From Magnetovibrionaceae bacterium (GTDB taxonomy: Bacteria > Pseudomonadota > Alphaproteobacteria > Rhodospirillales > JBMYSY01), in NCBI GenBank assembly GCA_049603795.1, contig JBMYSY010000015.1, positions 47,531 through 111,530 on the forward strand: 64,000 nucleotides of DNA, given 5' to 3'. Positions 1-12,500 of the stretch are shown one piece after another. The notes under the pieces are model-generated. The model saw nothing but the letters and a program-made list of their open reading frames with translations, was not told where the DNA came from and searched no databases. The position numbers were made by a program, and so were the translations under genes. Position 1 is the stretch's first letter. The number at the start of each line of letters is the position of its first letter.

Positions 1-3000
1 TTGCCGCCAGCGCAGCCCGTGCCGCCGTGCAAGAGGCCTTCCTGACCACCGAGGCCCAATACAACATTGCTCTAAGCCAGTCCGCCTTGGCCGAAAGCCT
101 GGAAGCCCGTGTTTTGGCGACCAACGACGCGGACGAGGCGGAATCCCTGGCGGAGGAAGCCCAGGCCGCACGGGAGGCTGCGGAACTGGCCTCGACCCGG
201 GCACGCATTGCTTCCGAGAACGCGGGCTCCGCGGCCAAGGGGGTCGAGGGCCGGGAAGTCGCCGACTTGGCGGATGAAGCCTCGCAACTGGCCGAGGAAG
301 CCGCCGAATTCGCCGGGACGGCGGAACGGTCCGCCAACAATGCCAGCGACCGGGCGGACGATCTTCGTGCGGCTGCCGATTTGCTGGATGTTCAAAATGC
401 GGCTGACGAAGCCGCTGCCGCCGCCAAGGCAGCCGCCGAGGCCGCAGCCCAACAGGCCGCGGATGACGCCCGGTCCAGTGCCGAGGCTGTCGTGCAGGCG
501 AAGGCTGATGCCGATGCGGCTGCGGAGGTTCAAGTTCAGGGCTTTGCCGACGAGGCGGCAGCCCAGGCCCAGATCGCCCAGGATCAGGCAACATTGGCAA
601 CGACGGCGGCGAACGAAGCCGATGCCGCTGCGGCCCGGACAGCGGCTGATGCGGCGCAGGCGGCAGCCGACAAGGCGCTCGCCGCCTCCAATGCCGCTGG
701 CGAGGCAGCTGCGGGGGCCGGTGCGAACGCCCAGGCGCAGGCTGCTGCGGCGGCTGCCTCGGCGGCCCAGGCTCAGGTGCAATCGGGCTCGGCTTCTGCT
801 GCTGCGACGGCCGCGGAAAATGCGGATGCGGCTGCGGATGCTTGGCGAGATGACTCGGCAACGACCGATCGGGCGGCCGCCGTGGCTGCAGCCTTGTCGG
901 CGGATTCGGTTGCCGATGATGCTTCCATTGTGGCCGTGGCTTCGGCGAACACGGCTTCGAGCGCTCTTACGGCCACTGTGCAGCCACTGGTCGATGAGGC
1001 TGCGGCGCTGGCGACCCAGGCGGCCCGTGCCACGGCGCTGACAGATGCCCAGGCCCGATACAATACGGCTCTCAACGACGGGTCCAGTCTGGCTGTCCGC
1101 AACGCCTGGGAAGCGGCACGCGACGCGGCGCAAACAGCCTTGAACGATGCCAATGCGGCAGCCACAAAGGCCAGCGCGGCTGCTCGCGCGGCGGAAAACA
1201 CAGCGGATCTCGCCCAGCAGGATGCCGATGCTGCTGCCGCTTCGGCGCTGTCCGCGCGTGCTGTTGCGGCGGACGCGGCAGAGAAAGCCGGGTTTGCCAT
1301 CGCTTTTGAAGAGCAGGCGCGTGGTGCCGCGGAACGGCAAGCAGACGCGGCCCTGGATGATGCCTTCAGCGATGCCGAATCGGCGGCCAGTGACGCGGCG
1401 CAAGCGGTCGAAGATGCCCTGACGGCTTTGAACAATGCCGAGACGGCGGCCAATCAGGCTGCTGCGGTCATCGATGCCGGCGGCAATATCGACCATACCG
1501 ATAATGCGGGCGACATGGCCGACATTCTGGCCGCTGTCCAGGCGGCCACAGCGGCCGTGACGGCGGCCCAGACCGCGCTGACGGCGGCCAATGCCGCGAG
1601 GACGGCAGCGGATACGGCGCTGACCCTGGATGATCGCGCCAGCCTGGTCATCAACCGGGCTTCTGCAACGGCGACCTCCAACGAGGTCACGACCCTGCAG
1701 ACCGGTGCATCGGACGCCAAGGCGGCGGCAGACGCGATCCTCCAGGCGGCGAATTCCTACGAGGACCTGGTTCGCGTCCTCGCAGGCGATCCTGCCTATG
1801 GCGGCGAAACCCGGACAGACGCCGAAAATTCAGCTGCCGCAGACGATGCAGCAGCCCGAACGGCAGCAGACGGCGCGGTTGATCAGGATACCATCGATGC
1901 CGCACGGTCCGCCTCCCAGTCGGCTGCGGCTTCCGCGCGGGATGCCGATGTGACGGCAGCCGAAGCGGCGCTGACAGCGACACAGACGGCTCAGGCAGCG
2001 GCTGAAGCCTCCCGCGATGCGGCGCAGACATCCTTGAGTGCGGCCACCACGGCGCACAACAACGCCATCGCCGACGCGACGGCAGCGACCCAGGCCTACG
2101 ACGATGCCGTGGCCGCAGACGTCAACAATGTGGATCGGGAAGCCGTGGCCAAGGCCTTGGCGGCCCGGGATCGGGCTATCCAGGCGCGCGACAATGCGGC
2201 GGATGCCAAAGCGGATGCCCAGGCAGCCTATGACGAGGCCTTGGTGCAGTTCACCATTGCGGACACCGCGCTGAGCGACGCAACCCAGGCCGTGTCTGAC
2301 GCGCAGGACGCGCAAACCAATGGCGAGCCGACGGCGGGTTTCCGGGCGGTTGCCGAGGGTGCACAAGACAAGGCCGAACAGGCCCAGGCTTCGGCTACTG
2401 TTCAACAAACGGCTGCTGCGGCCGCAGCCACCACGGCCTCATCCGAGGAAACAAAAGCAGACACGGCCCGATCCGACGCCGAGACCGCAGAGGCCGAGAC
2501 CCTGGCTTCCGTCGACGCGGCAGCCGCCCGCGGGACGGCGGATACGCAACTGGGCATTGTTCAGGCCAGGTTGGCGACCGCTAACACGGCGCGGGATACG
2601 GCGGCGACGGCAGCGCAGGATGCTCGCACGGCTGCCAATCAGGACCCGCCGGATGTGACGGCAGCGAATGCGGCCTTGACCTCGGCAAACACAGCCGTCG
2701 ACAGCGCCACGGGTGCGGTGACCGATGCCCAGGCTGCGTTGACTGCTGCCAGGACAGCTGCCGAAGCGGCCGATGCGGCAGCCGCACGTTCTGATGCGGG
2801 GCCGGTGGCCACGGCGCAGGCCACGGCTGCCAATGCCGCAGTGACCCAGGCGGAAAGCCTGGTGACGGAAGTACTGGCGGCCCGTGCAGCCGCCGTCGCT
2901 TCCCAAACGAACGCCCAGGCCCAGGTCGATCTGGCCGAGGCCGATGCGGCGGACCGCGCGGCAGCTATCGAAGCGGCCAACGGTGCAGCGATCTCGGACG

Positions 3001-3540
3001 CCAAGGCGGCAGCCGACGAGGCCGCAGACGCGGCGGAGGCTGCAGCCACAGCGGCAACCGCTGCCTACAATTCGGCTTTGGCGCACTTTAATGATGCGAC
3101 AGCCGATCTGGCGGCCTTGAATGCGACCCCGGTCCCCTCGGACGCCGACCAGGCGACGGCGCGGACCACGGCGATTGCCAATGCCACCGCCGCCGTCGCG
3201 GAAGCCGAGGCCGCGAAGGACGAGGCGAATGCTGCTGCCGGCCGGGCCAATACGGCTGCCGGCCTGGCGCGCGCCGCATCCGATTCGGCAAATGCGATTT
3301 CGGGCACGGCCGGTAGCGACGTCACGGATGCCCAGGGCTTCGCCACGACCGCCGCCGGTCAGCGCGATACCGCCGAGGATGAAGAAGCCCTGGCCGAGGC
3401 GCAGGAAAACCGGGCCGAACAGGCCGCCGGTCGGGCCGATGCCCAGCGGGAAGATTACGAGCAATTGCTGGCCCAGGCAGCCCAGGAAGCCGCCGAGGCA
3501 GCGGCCCAAGCCGCCCGTGACGCCCAGGCGGATGCCAAGG
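1..3540 (+). other. Ala-rich low-complexity, probably alpha-helical stalk region of the giant protein (at least ~1,170 aa)
   Basis: The translation is dominated by Ala with D/E/Q/T/S/N/R and has very few Pro, Gly runs or aromatics. Examples: AAAAAKAAAEAAAQQAADDARSSAEAVVQAKADADAAAE, and TAAQTALTAANAARTAADTALT at ~1561-1626, where Thr/Ala fall in a 4-3 spacing. It ends abruptly at DAKDDTHTINEDEADL (~3541), where the first cadherin-like unit starts. Confidence 0.7.
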
Positions 3541-6500
3541 ACGATACCCATACCATCAATGAGGACGAGGCAGACCTCGCCGATCTCACCATCTCTGTCC
3601 TGGCCAATGATAAGCGGGCAGACGGGGGCAATCTGGTCGGCGGCGAAGTGGTCTCCGTTGGTGAGACCGCCAACGGCGGAACGGTAACAATCGCCGATAA
3701 CGACACCGATGTGATCTATCGCCCGGCGGCCAACTTCTCGGGCACGGATACCTTCACCTATACAGTCCGGGTTCAGACCGGGACAGATGGTGGGGGCCAA
3801 CCGGTCTATTCCTTCTCGACCGCCAAAGTGACCGTCACGGTTACGGAGGTAAACGACGCGCCGACCCTGAAAGCCGACGTCGGGACCGTCTCGGATGAGG
3901 TTTCGACCATTACCATCAATGTTCTGGCGAACGACAGCGATCCGGAAAACCAGACCCTTTCGATCACGGGCGTCGGCAGCGGCGACGACCCCGCGACCAT
4001 CGATCCGTCGAATGGCGTTGTGGCGATCACCGCCAATGGGCGTGTGACCTATACCCCCAATGCGGGCGATTTCGATTATCTGGCCAAAGGCGAGACGGCG
4101 ACGGATACCTTCACCTACACCGCATCTGACGGTAGCGGTGGAGTGGCCACGCAGACGGTTGTGGTGACGGTTACCGGCACCAACGACGGACCGGTCGCGA
4201 GCAGCCTGACCGTTTCCGGCAATGAAGAAACGGATATTCAAGGAACGGTCTCGGCCACCGATGCCGACACGGGGGCTTCCATCACCTATGCGGTCACCTC
4301 GACAGGTGGACCCTCTAATGGTTCCGTGGTGATGAATTCGGATGGCAGCTTCACCTACACGCCCGACGATGACTTCGCCGGGACCGATACCTTCGTTTTC
4401 CGTGCAACCGACAATGAGGGCGCGACCTCCGACGAAACGGTCACCGTGACGGTCAATGACGTGAACGACGACCCGATCGCGACGGACGACACGGCGAGCG
4501 TAAATGCCGGTGCTTCCGTTACCTTCGACGTCTCCACCAATGATAGCGACCCCGATCCGGACACGACGCTATCGGTCTATTCCACGGGGAATGCGGCGTC
4601 CGGGTCGATATCGGTGAACGGCGGCGAGATCACCTATACGGCGGATGGCAGCGGCCTTGATGCCCTGGCGGCGGGCCAGAACCTTACGGATACCTTTGAG
4701 TATACCATCGAAGATGGCGACGGCGGCTTTGATACCGCTACGGCAACGGTCACCATCAACGGTGTCAATGACGCACCTGTTGCCGGCGATACACAGACGT
4801 CGGCGGATGAAGGCGGCAGTGTCACCGTCTCGGTTCTCGACAATGTAACCGATGTCGATACCGGCGACACGAAACGTCTGCAGTTGATCGGGCAGGGGAC
4901 CTACGGCGACGTCGCCATCGCGGCAAACGGTACGGATGTCACCTATACCCCCGATGACGACTTGACCAATTCTCTCGCTGTCGATCAGGTCCAGATCGAT
5001 ACCTTTACCTATACGGTGGTCGATGGTGCCGGTGCGACCGATGTGGGAACGGTGACGGTCACCATTCAGGGTACCAACGACGCGCCCATTGTCTCGGCGA
5101 GCCTCTCCGATCAGACGGCTGAAGAAAACAACGCCTTTTCGTTCACCGTGCCATCCGATGCTTTCACGGATGTGGATAGCGGGGACAGCCTGACTTACGC
5201 TGCGACGCTTGAAGACGGCTCGGCGCTGCCCGGTTGGCTCAGCTTCAACCCCTCAACGCGGGTGTTTTCGGGCACCCCGGGCAATTCCGATCTGGCCACT
5301 CTATCGGTCCGCGTGACGGCGACGGATGGCCAAAGTGTCAGCGTTTCCGATGTCTTCTCTCTGTCGGTTACGGAAACCGACGACCAGACCATTGTCGGTG
5401 ACGATACGGACAACGTGATCACACCGGGGGCGGGCAACGACAGCGTCGATGGTCGGGGCGGAACGGACCGGGTGATCTTCTCCGGGCTTGCGGCGCAATA
5501 TACCATTACCGATAACGACGACGGGACCTACACCGTCTCGGGCCCGGACGGCGTCAACGAACTGCAAAACGTCGAGGAACTGCAGTTCGACGATCAAACC
5601 ATCACGGTCGGTCGCGGCAGTACGGGGGCTGACCAGTTCCAGGGCGGCAGCGGCAGCGACAACTACAACGGCGGCGCTGGTGACGATGTTCTGGATGGCG
5701 GAGCCGGTGACGACATCCTTAAAGGCGGCGCGGGTAACGACAGCGTCCTGGGCGGAGAAGGTAACGACCAGCTGATCGCCGGTACCGGCAACGGCGACGA
5801 TCTCTACGACGGGGGGACGGGGTCCGACTGGATCACCTTCCCCAGCACCTCGTTGGGTGTCAGCGTCGATCTGGCCAACGGGACCGCCAGCGGTTCCGAA
5901 ATCGACAACGACACCATCACCAACGTCGAAAACGTCCTCGGTGGATCGGGCAACGATACGATCCTGGGCGACGGACAGGCCAACTCGCTCCTCGGCGGCG
6001 ACGGCAATGATTTTCTATCTGGTGCCGGCGGGGTTGATGCTCTGTTGGGCGGCGATGGTGATGACACCCTGAAGGGCGGCCTGGGGACGGATTTTCTGAC
6101 CGGCGGGGCCGGAACGGATCAATACCAGTACACCCAAGGCGACGGTCGGGACACGATCCTGCAAACCGGCGACGACAGCGGGGCTGACTGGGTCAATTTC
6201 CTGGGTGGTACCTATGCCGACGTGGATTGGGGCCGGTTGGGCGACGATCTGCTGATCGCGGTCAAGGCTAGTACGTCCGACGGAATTTCGACGAATAACC
6301 GCATCACGGTTTCCGGTCACTACACCACCACGGTCAGCGGCATCGCCTACTTCGAAGCCGATACGAACGAAAACAGCTTCTATTCGCAAGACGGTTCCAC
6401 GACGCGGATTTTCACGCCCGATACGCTCTCGGGTGCCGATCAGGGCATCTATACCGAGCTTCTGCAGGGGACCAACTTCGCCGACACCATCACCGGTGGC

Positions 6501-9500
6501 GGCGGCTACCGCGATTACCTCTTCGGCTATGGCGGCAACGATGTCCTTGAAGGGTCCGATGTCACGCGGGATGAACTGCGTGGCGGCAGCGGAAATGACG
6601 TCCTGCGCGGTCGAAGCGGCGATGACCGCCTGCGCGGCGATGCCGGCAACGATACGCTGGACGGCGGTGCCGGTAACGACATGGTTCGCTATGACAGGGC
6701 GAGCGAAGGGGTCACGGTCGACCTGACGGTCCAGGGTGCCGGAAACGCGCAATCCATCAGTTCCGGCCAAGGCAACGATACGCTGATCGATATCGAAAGC
6801 ATCCGGGGGTCTGACTTCGCCGACACCCTGACCGGCAGCAGTGCGGCCAACACCATCGACGGTCGGGCCGGCAACGATGTGATCAACGGAGGTGCGGGCA
6901 ACGACGTTCTGATCGGCGGCAGCGGCACGGACCGGGCCATCTTCTCCGGCTCGATTGGGGCTTATTCAATTACCCATAGCGCCTCCAATCTCACGGTCAT
7001 TGGGCCGGACGGGACGGACGTCCTCCAAGACTTCGAACAGCTGACCTTCGATGAAGGCACCTATGACCTGCTGATCGGCTCTGCCGGCAACGACACCCTG
7101 GCTGCCGGGACCAATCCGGCGATCTTCTTTGACCTTGGTGGATCGGACAGTTTTACCGGCGGCTCAGGTGCCGACTGGATCGTCTATAGCACCTCGGCAA
7201 ATCTGGCCATTGACTTGGGCCAGGAACAGTCGGTCGCCGGATCGGATGTGGATGATCTTTCCGGCATTGAAAACGCCGTCGGGGGATCGGGCGACGATGT
7301 CTTCCGGGATGGCCTCGGCAACAACATCATGTCGGGTGGCGATGGTGCCGATACCTTCTTCGCTTTCACCGGCAATGACACGATCCTGGGTGGTAGTGGA
7401 ATTGATACGGTCGTCTTGTCGCCGACCGAAATCCTGACCAATGCCACACGCAGCGGCAACGATCTGGTTCTGACCTATCTCGATTACGCGGCGACGAGCT
7501 ATACGATAACGGTGCCCGGACAATATGGCCCCGGCGGCAACCTTGAAATCTGGCAAGACGTCGGAACCGATGGCTCCACGGATTACAACATTCTGGGCAG
7601 CCTGACAGGTGGATCGGGCGATGATCTTTTGGTCGGCACGGGAGGCGCAGATTCGATCACCGGCGGTGACGGCGCAGACATCATCTATGGTGGTGCAGGA
7701 GACGACAGCATTCTGGGCGGCGACGGTCTGGACTTCATTGATGGCGGGACCGGGACCAACAACCTGGATGGCGGATCCGGTATCGATATCCTGTCCTACC
7801 AAAACGCCTCGTCGGCCGTTTCGGTCAACCTGATCAGTGGAACGGCGGCCTCTTCGGACGGCAGCATTTCGGATACGGTCTCTAACTTCGAGGCCGTGTT
7901 TGCCTCGGACCATGCGGATACCCTCCTCGGCAGTACAGGCTCCGATATTCTCTATGGCGGAGCGGGCGACGACACCATCGCAGGCGGCGGCGGGGCGGAT
8001 TCCCTGGATGGCGGCGACGGCGACGATGTGCTGTTGTTCAGTGGCTCGGAGAACATTCACGGCGATGACGGCCAGGATACGGTAGAGGTCCTCTCAGGGG
8101 CCGATCTGGACCTGACCTCTGCAATCCTGTCGGAAATCGAGGCCATCCAACTGGCGGATGCCGCCTCCCAGACGGTTACACTGGACGCGGACAGCGTCTG
8201 GTATTCGGTCGATGAAAACAATGAGCTGATCATCAAGGGCGACGATTCCCATACGGTTCGGAATGTCGGGGACTCGTTCGGTCTGGCCGGTCTGGAAACC
8301 ATCGAAGGCCAGGACTATTCGGTCTATACGGGCGAATACAACGGCGAAACGGTCACGCTGAAGATCGATGATGATATTTCCCTCGAAGGTTTCTCGGCCG
8401 CGCCGGTGATTACCGATCCGGGAAGCAGCCTCAACCTGGACGGGGCGGACGATTACATTTCGCTTGGCGATCCCACAGCCACGGACCTGGAGCCGGCCGG
8501 AGACCCCTTTAGTGCCTCTGCCTGGTTCTACTTCGATCCGACCCAGACAGGGGACCGGGCCATTCTCTCTCTCGGCAATGATGAGAGCGCCACCGAGGGC
8601 TTTAGTGTTTTCCTGAGTGGTTCCGGAAGCAGCACGGAACTGGTTGTCCGGGTGAATACGGGCGGCGGTGTTCAGAGCCGGATGGCTGCCAGCCACATTG
8701 AGATGCCTAGCGAAGAAGGCTGGTATCATGTGGCCATGGTCATCGATGGCTCAAGCGCCAGCGGCGAAGACCAGTTGCTCGGTTACCTGAATGGGTCCAA
8801 CTCAGGCTGGGTGCCGGGATATGGGTCAATCTCCGAAGACCGCCTGACGATTACCAGCTCCGGGATCGAGGGCAACGGACGACAGTTGCTGATCGGTGCC
8901 AGGGACGCCGGAAATGATGGGATCGAGGATCATTTCACCGGTGCCATTGCGGATGTTCAGTTCTGGGACAAGACCCTCAGCGCCGAAGAGGTCATCGATG
9001 TCTTACACGGCAACGTGGACAATGCCGACGCCGATCTGCTGGCCCGCTACGACTTTGCCGACAGCGCCGATTTCGGTGCCGACATCGCGACCGCCAACGG
9101 GACCTTCAGCGGGGTGACAACCGGTCAACCGACCCAGGGGACCTTTGCCGAGCCGAACATCTTTGTGGAGGGACAAGGTGCCATCCGGCCGCTTACCGGC
9201 CTGGCGTTTTCCGATCCCGACAGCACCACCTTCGACGGTGGTCAGTTGGATGTGACGATGACCGGACGATCCGGTTCCGACTCCTTCATTCTCTACAACG
9301 GTAACGGCATCACTTTCGGTGCCAACGACGCCGTGCTCTACAACAATGTGACGTTCGGTACCCTGTCGAACTTCTTCCAGGGCCGGGTCACCCTTGACCT
9401 GAATGCCAATGCCGATATCGCTGCGGTCCGCGCCTTCGCCGGAAACATTGGCTTCAACAATTCGACCGAAACGCCGACAGCCGGTTTCCGGACCATTGGG

Positions 9501-12500
9501 ATCACCTTCGATGACGGTGATGGCGGTGTTCTGCAGGACTTCGAAAAGTCCATGTACGTCAGCCCGACAAACACGGCTCCGGAAATCCAGACCGGCATCG
9601 CGTCGAGCGAAGAAGAAGTCCTGATCGGTACCACCACCACCGAGGACCAGTCGCTGCCGGAAGCCGTTCAACTGGCCGATGGCAATGTCTTTGTGGTCTG
9701 GCGGAACGAACGGGATGGTTCGGGTGTCAACGATGTTGGCGGGATTTCGGGCAGCATCATCGATCCGGAAGGATCGACCGTCGTTTCCGAATTCCTGGTC
9801 AGCACCAGCCAGAATTTCTTGCAGTGGCGTCCGCAGGTAACCGAGTTGGCAAACGGCGACATTGCCGTCGTCTGGGTCAGCCGGCATTCAGGCGAAGACC
9901 TGATGGCGCGCATCTATCAGCCCAATGGCCAGCCGCGGACCAATGAACTGACGCTTTCCGACAATACGGTGGGTGATTCTGCCGGCGGAACGGGTATCCC
10001 ACAGATCCTGTCGCTGGATGGCGATGGTTTTGCTGCTGTCTGGATGACGGGCGGGGATATCAAATATCAGAAGTTCTCGGACCTCGGGGTTCCGGATGGC
10101 ACACCATCGACGGCCAATACGATCACCACGGGGACGCAGAACCGTCCCCATGCCGTGGCCCTCGATGGCGGAGGCTTCGTGGCCAGTTGGCTGGATGAGA
10201 ACCTCGGCATTCAGGTGCGCCGCTTCAATAACGACCTATCACCGGCGGATACGGTGGAGATCTCGGTCGATGCCGTGCCCAGCGGAAGCGAGGGCTATTC
10301 AGCGGTCGCGCCCGTCGCCGGCGGTGGATTTGTCGTGGCCTGGGTCGATGGCACCTCGGTCTATGCCCGCCTGTACAATGACGCTTCAGCGCCCCTCGGG
10401 TCCGAATTTGTGGTCGGAATCGCGACGGCGATCAGCGGACCGATTGATCTGGTAGCCGATCAGGACGGGAATTTCGTCGTCCACTGGCAGGACGTGACAG
10501 GCGGTGCCGACGCCAAGGAATCCATGTTGGCCCGCTTTACCAGCGATGGTGCCTTGCTGGGTGATGCCATCAGCATTGCGGAACATGCCGATGGCGATCA
10601 GGCCAATGCCAAGATCACGCCCCTGGATGACGGGCGGTTGTTCGTTGTCAGTGATACCGCGAGCACTGACGGCGGCTATGAATCGGTCGACGTTGTCTAT
10701 CGGATTTTCGATCCGGGTTTCTCAGGCACCTATGTCGAGGATGGCGCTCCCCTGCAGGTCGACCCTGGCTTCCTGGTAACGGATGTGGATTCGGGCGATT
10801 TCGAAGGCGGCTCCCTGACGGTTCAGGTCACCGAAGGCGACGACGGTGGCGATGTCCTGACCATTGCGGACGAGGGTAGCGGAACCGGGCAGATTGGCTA
10901 CCTGAGTTCGGCCGGGACGGTTTTCTATGAAGGAGACCTGATCGGGACGGTGACGGGCGGCGTGAACGGTCAGGCCCTGGCCATCTCCCTCAACGATGCG
11001 GCGACACCGGAGGCGGTCAGCGCTCTCGGTCGCGCAATTCTGTTCTCGAACGAGGCCTATGAGACGGGGAGCGACGACCGGACCATAACCTTTACCGTCA
11101 ACGACGGTCATGGCGGCCCGACGCCGAGCGCGACGATCTCCAAGGCGGTCCAGATTTCGCCCTCAAACGATGCGGCCACCCTGTTCGAGCCGCCGATTAC
11201 GCATAGCCTATCCCTTGATGGGGCCTCCTATATCGATCTCGGCGACCCCTATAACGACTCGTCGCGTGAACCCCTGTCGCCGGACAACGATCCCTACACG
11301 GTCGAGGCCTGGTTCTACTATCACCCGGACCACAGCGGGACGCGCTCCATCGTTTCCTGGGGCAGCCAGACCTATGATCAGGAAGGCTTCAACATCTTCC
11401 TGACGGATGCGGATTCTGATGGGGTCGATGAACTGGTCGTTCGCGCCCACACCTCGACCACCACGAGCCAGAGCCAGATCGGTGCCAGCCATATCGAAAT
11501 GCCCCAGGAGGAGGGCTGGTACCACGTCGCCATGGTGATCGACAGCGATAACGGCAATGCGGACGACACCATTATCGGCTACTTGGACGGGGACAGCAGC
11601 GGCTGGACCGCAGGCCATGACAGTGTCACCGACGATCAGATTGACCTGACATCGTCCGGCATTGATCCGAAAACGGGGGTGAGCGTTGCCATCGGTGCTT
11701 CGACCGACAGTGACGGCAATCCTGGCCAGTATTTCACCGGCGAGATCGGCGACGTGCGCTTCTGGCGCGAGGCGCGGACAAGGGACGAAATCGAAGACGG
11801 CATTCAAGACGGCGTGGCGAGCGATGCGGCCAACCTGGAAGCGCGATATCTGTTCAGCGCTCCGGAAGGACCGGAAGTGGATGCAACCGGGAATGTGCCG
11901 GATGGCCTTTCCGTCGGATCGCCCGGCGTTTTTGTTGGGCTGGGCATTCCCCTGTTCATCGAAGGTGGCTCTCCGGCGCGGGTCGGCAGCGAGGTCAAGG
12001 TTGATGACCCGGACAGCAGCGATTTTGCCGGTGGTACGCTCTCGGTTTCCATTACGGCCGGGGTAACAGGCGATACCCTGACCATCATCGATGGCGGCAC
12101 GGACGGCGTCCAGATTTCGGGCAGCAATGTTCTCTATCAGACCGCTTCGGTCGGCACGTTGGTCAGCACGGGAACGGATTCAACACCGCTTGAAATCACA
12201 TTGAACGCGAATGCCACGCCTTTGGTGGCCGAGGCGATTTTCGGTGCCATCGGCTTCGCGGCTGGTTCTGACGCGCCGGGTTCGAGCCGGGACCTGACTT
12301 TCTCGCTGACCGACAGCGCCGGCGGTGCGGCGGCGCAGTTGAACCAGACGGTCTATATCCAGGAACAGAACGACGCGCCGGTCATTGCGGGCAGCGATGG
12401 ATCGGCCTCGGATGAGGCCCGGGTCGGGACCAACTTCGCGGGCGATCAGACCCATGTCTCCGCGGCTGAACTGCCGGACGGCAACGTCTTCATGGTCTGG

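Noticed and set aside
1561-1626. Resemblance of the Ala-rich region (..ALTAANAARTAAD..) to Ala-rich type I fish antifreeze peptides (LTAANA motif), which is tempting because a known giant RTX adhesin is ice-binding.
   Set aside because: I see no sustained 11-residue Thr periodicity, and the short match is expected from composition alone. The spacing I do see is heptad-like. I treat it as coincidence unless a periodicity analysis says otherwise.
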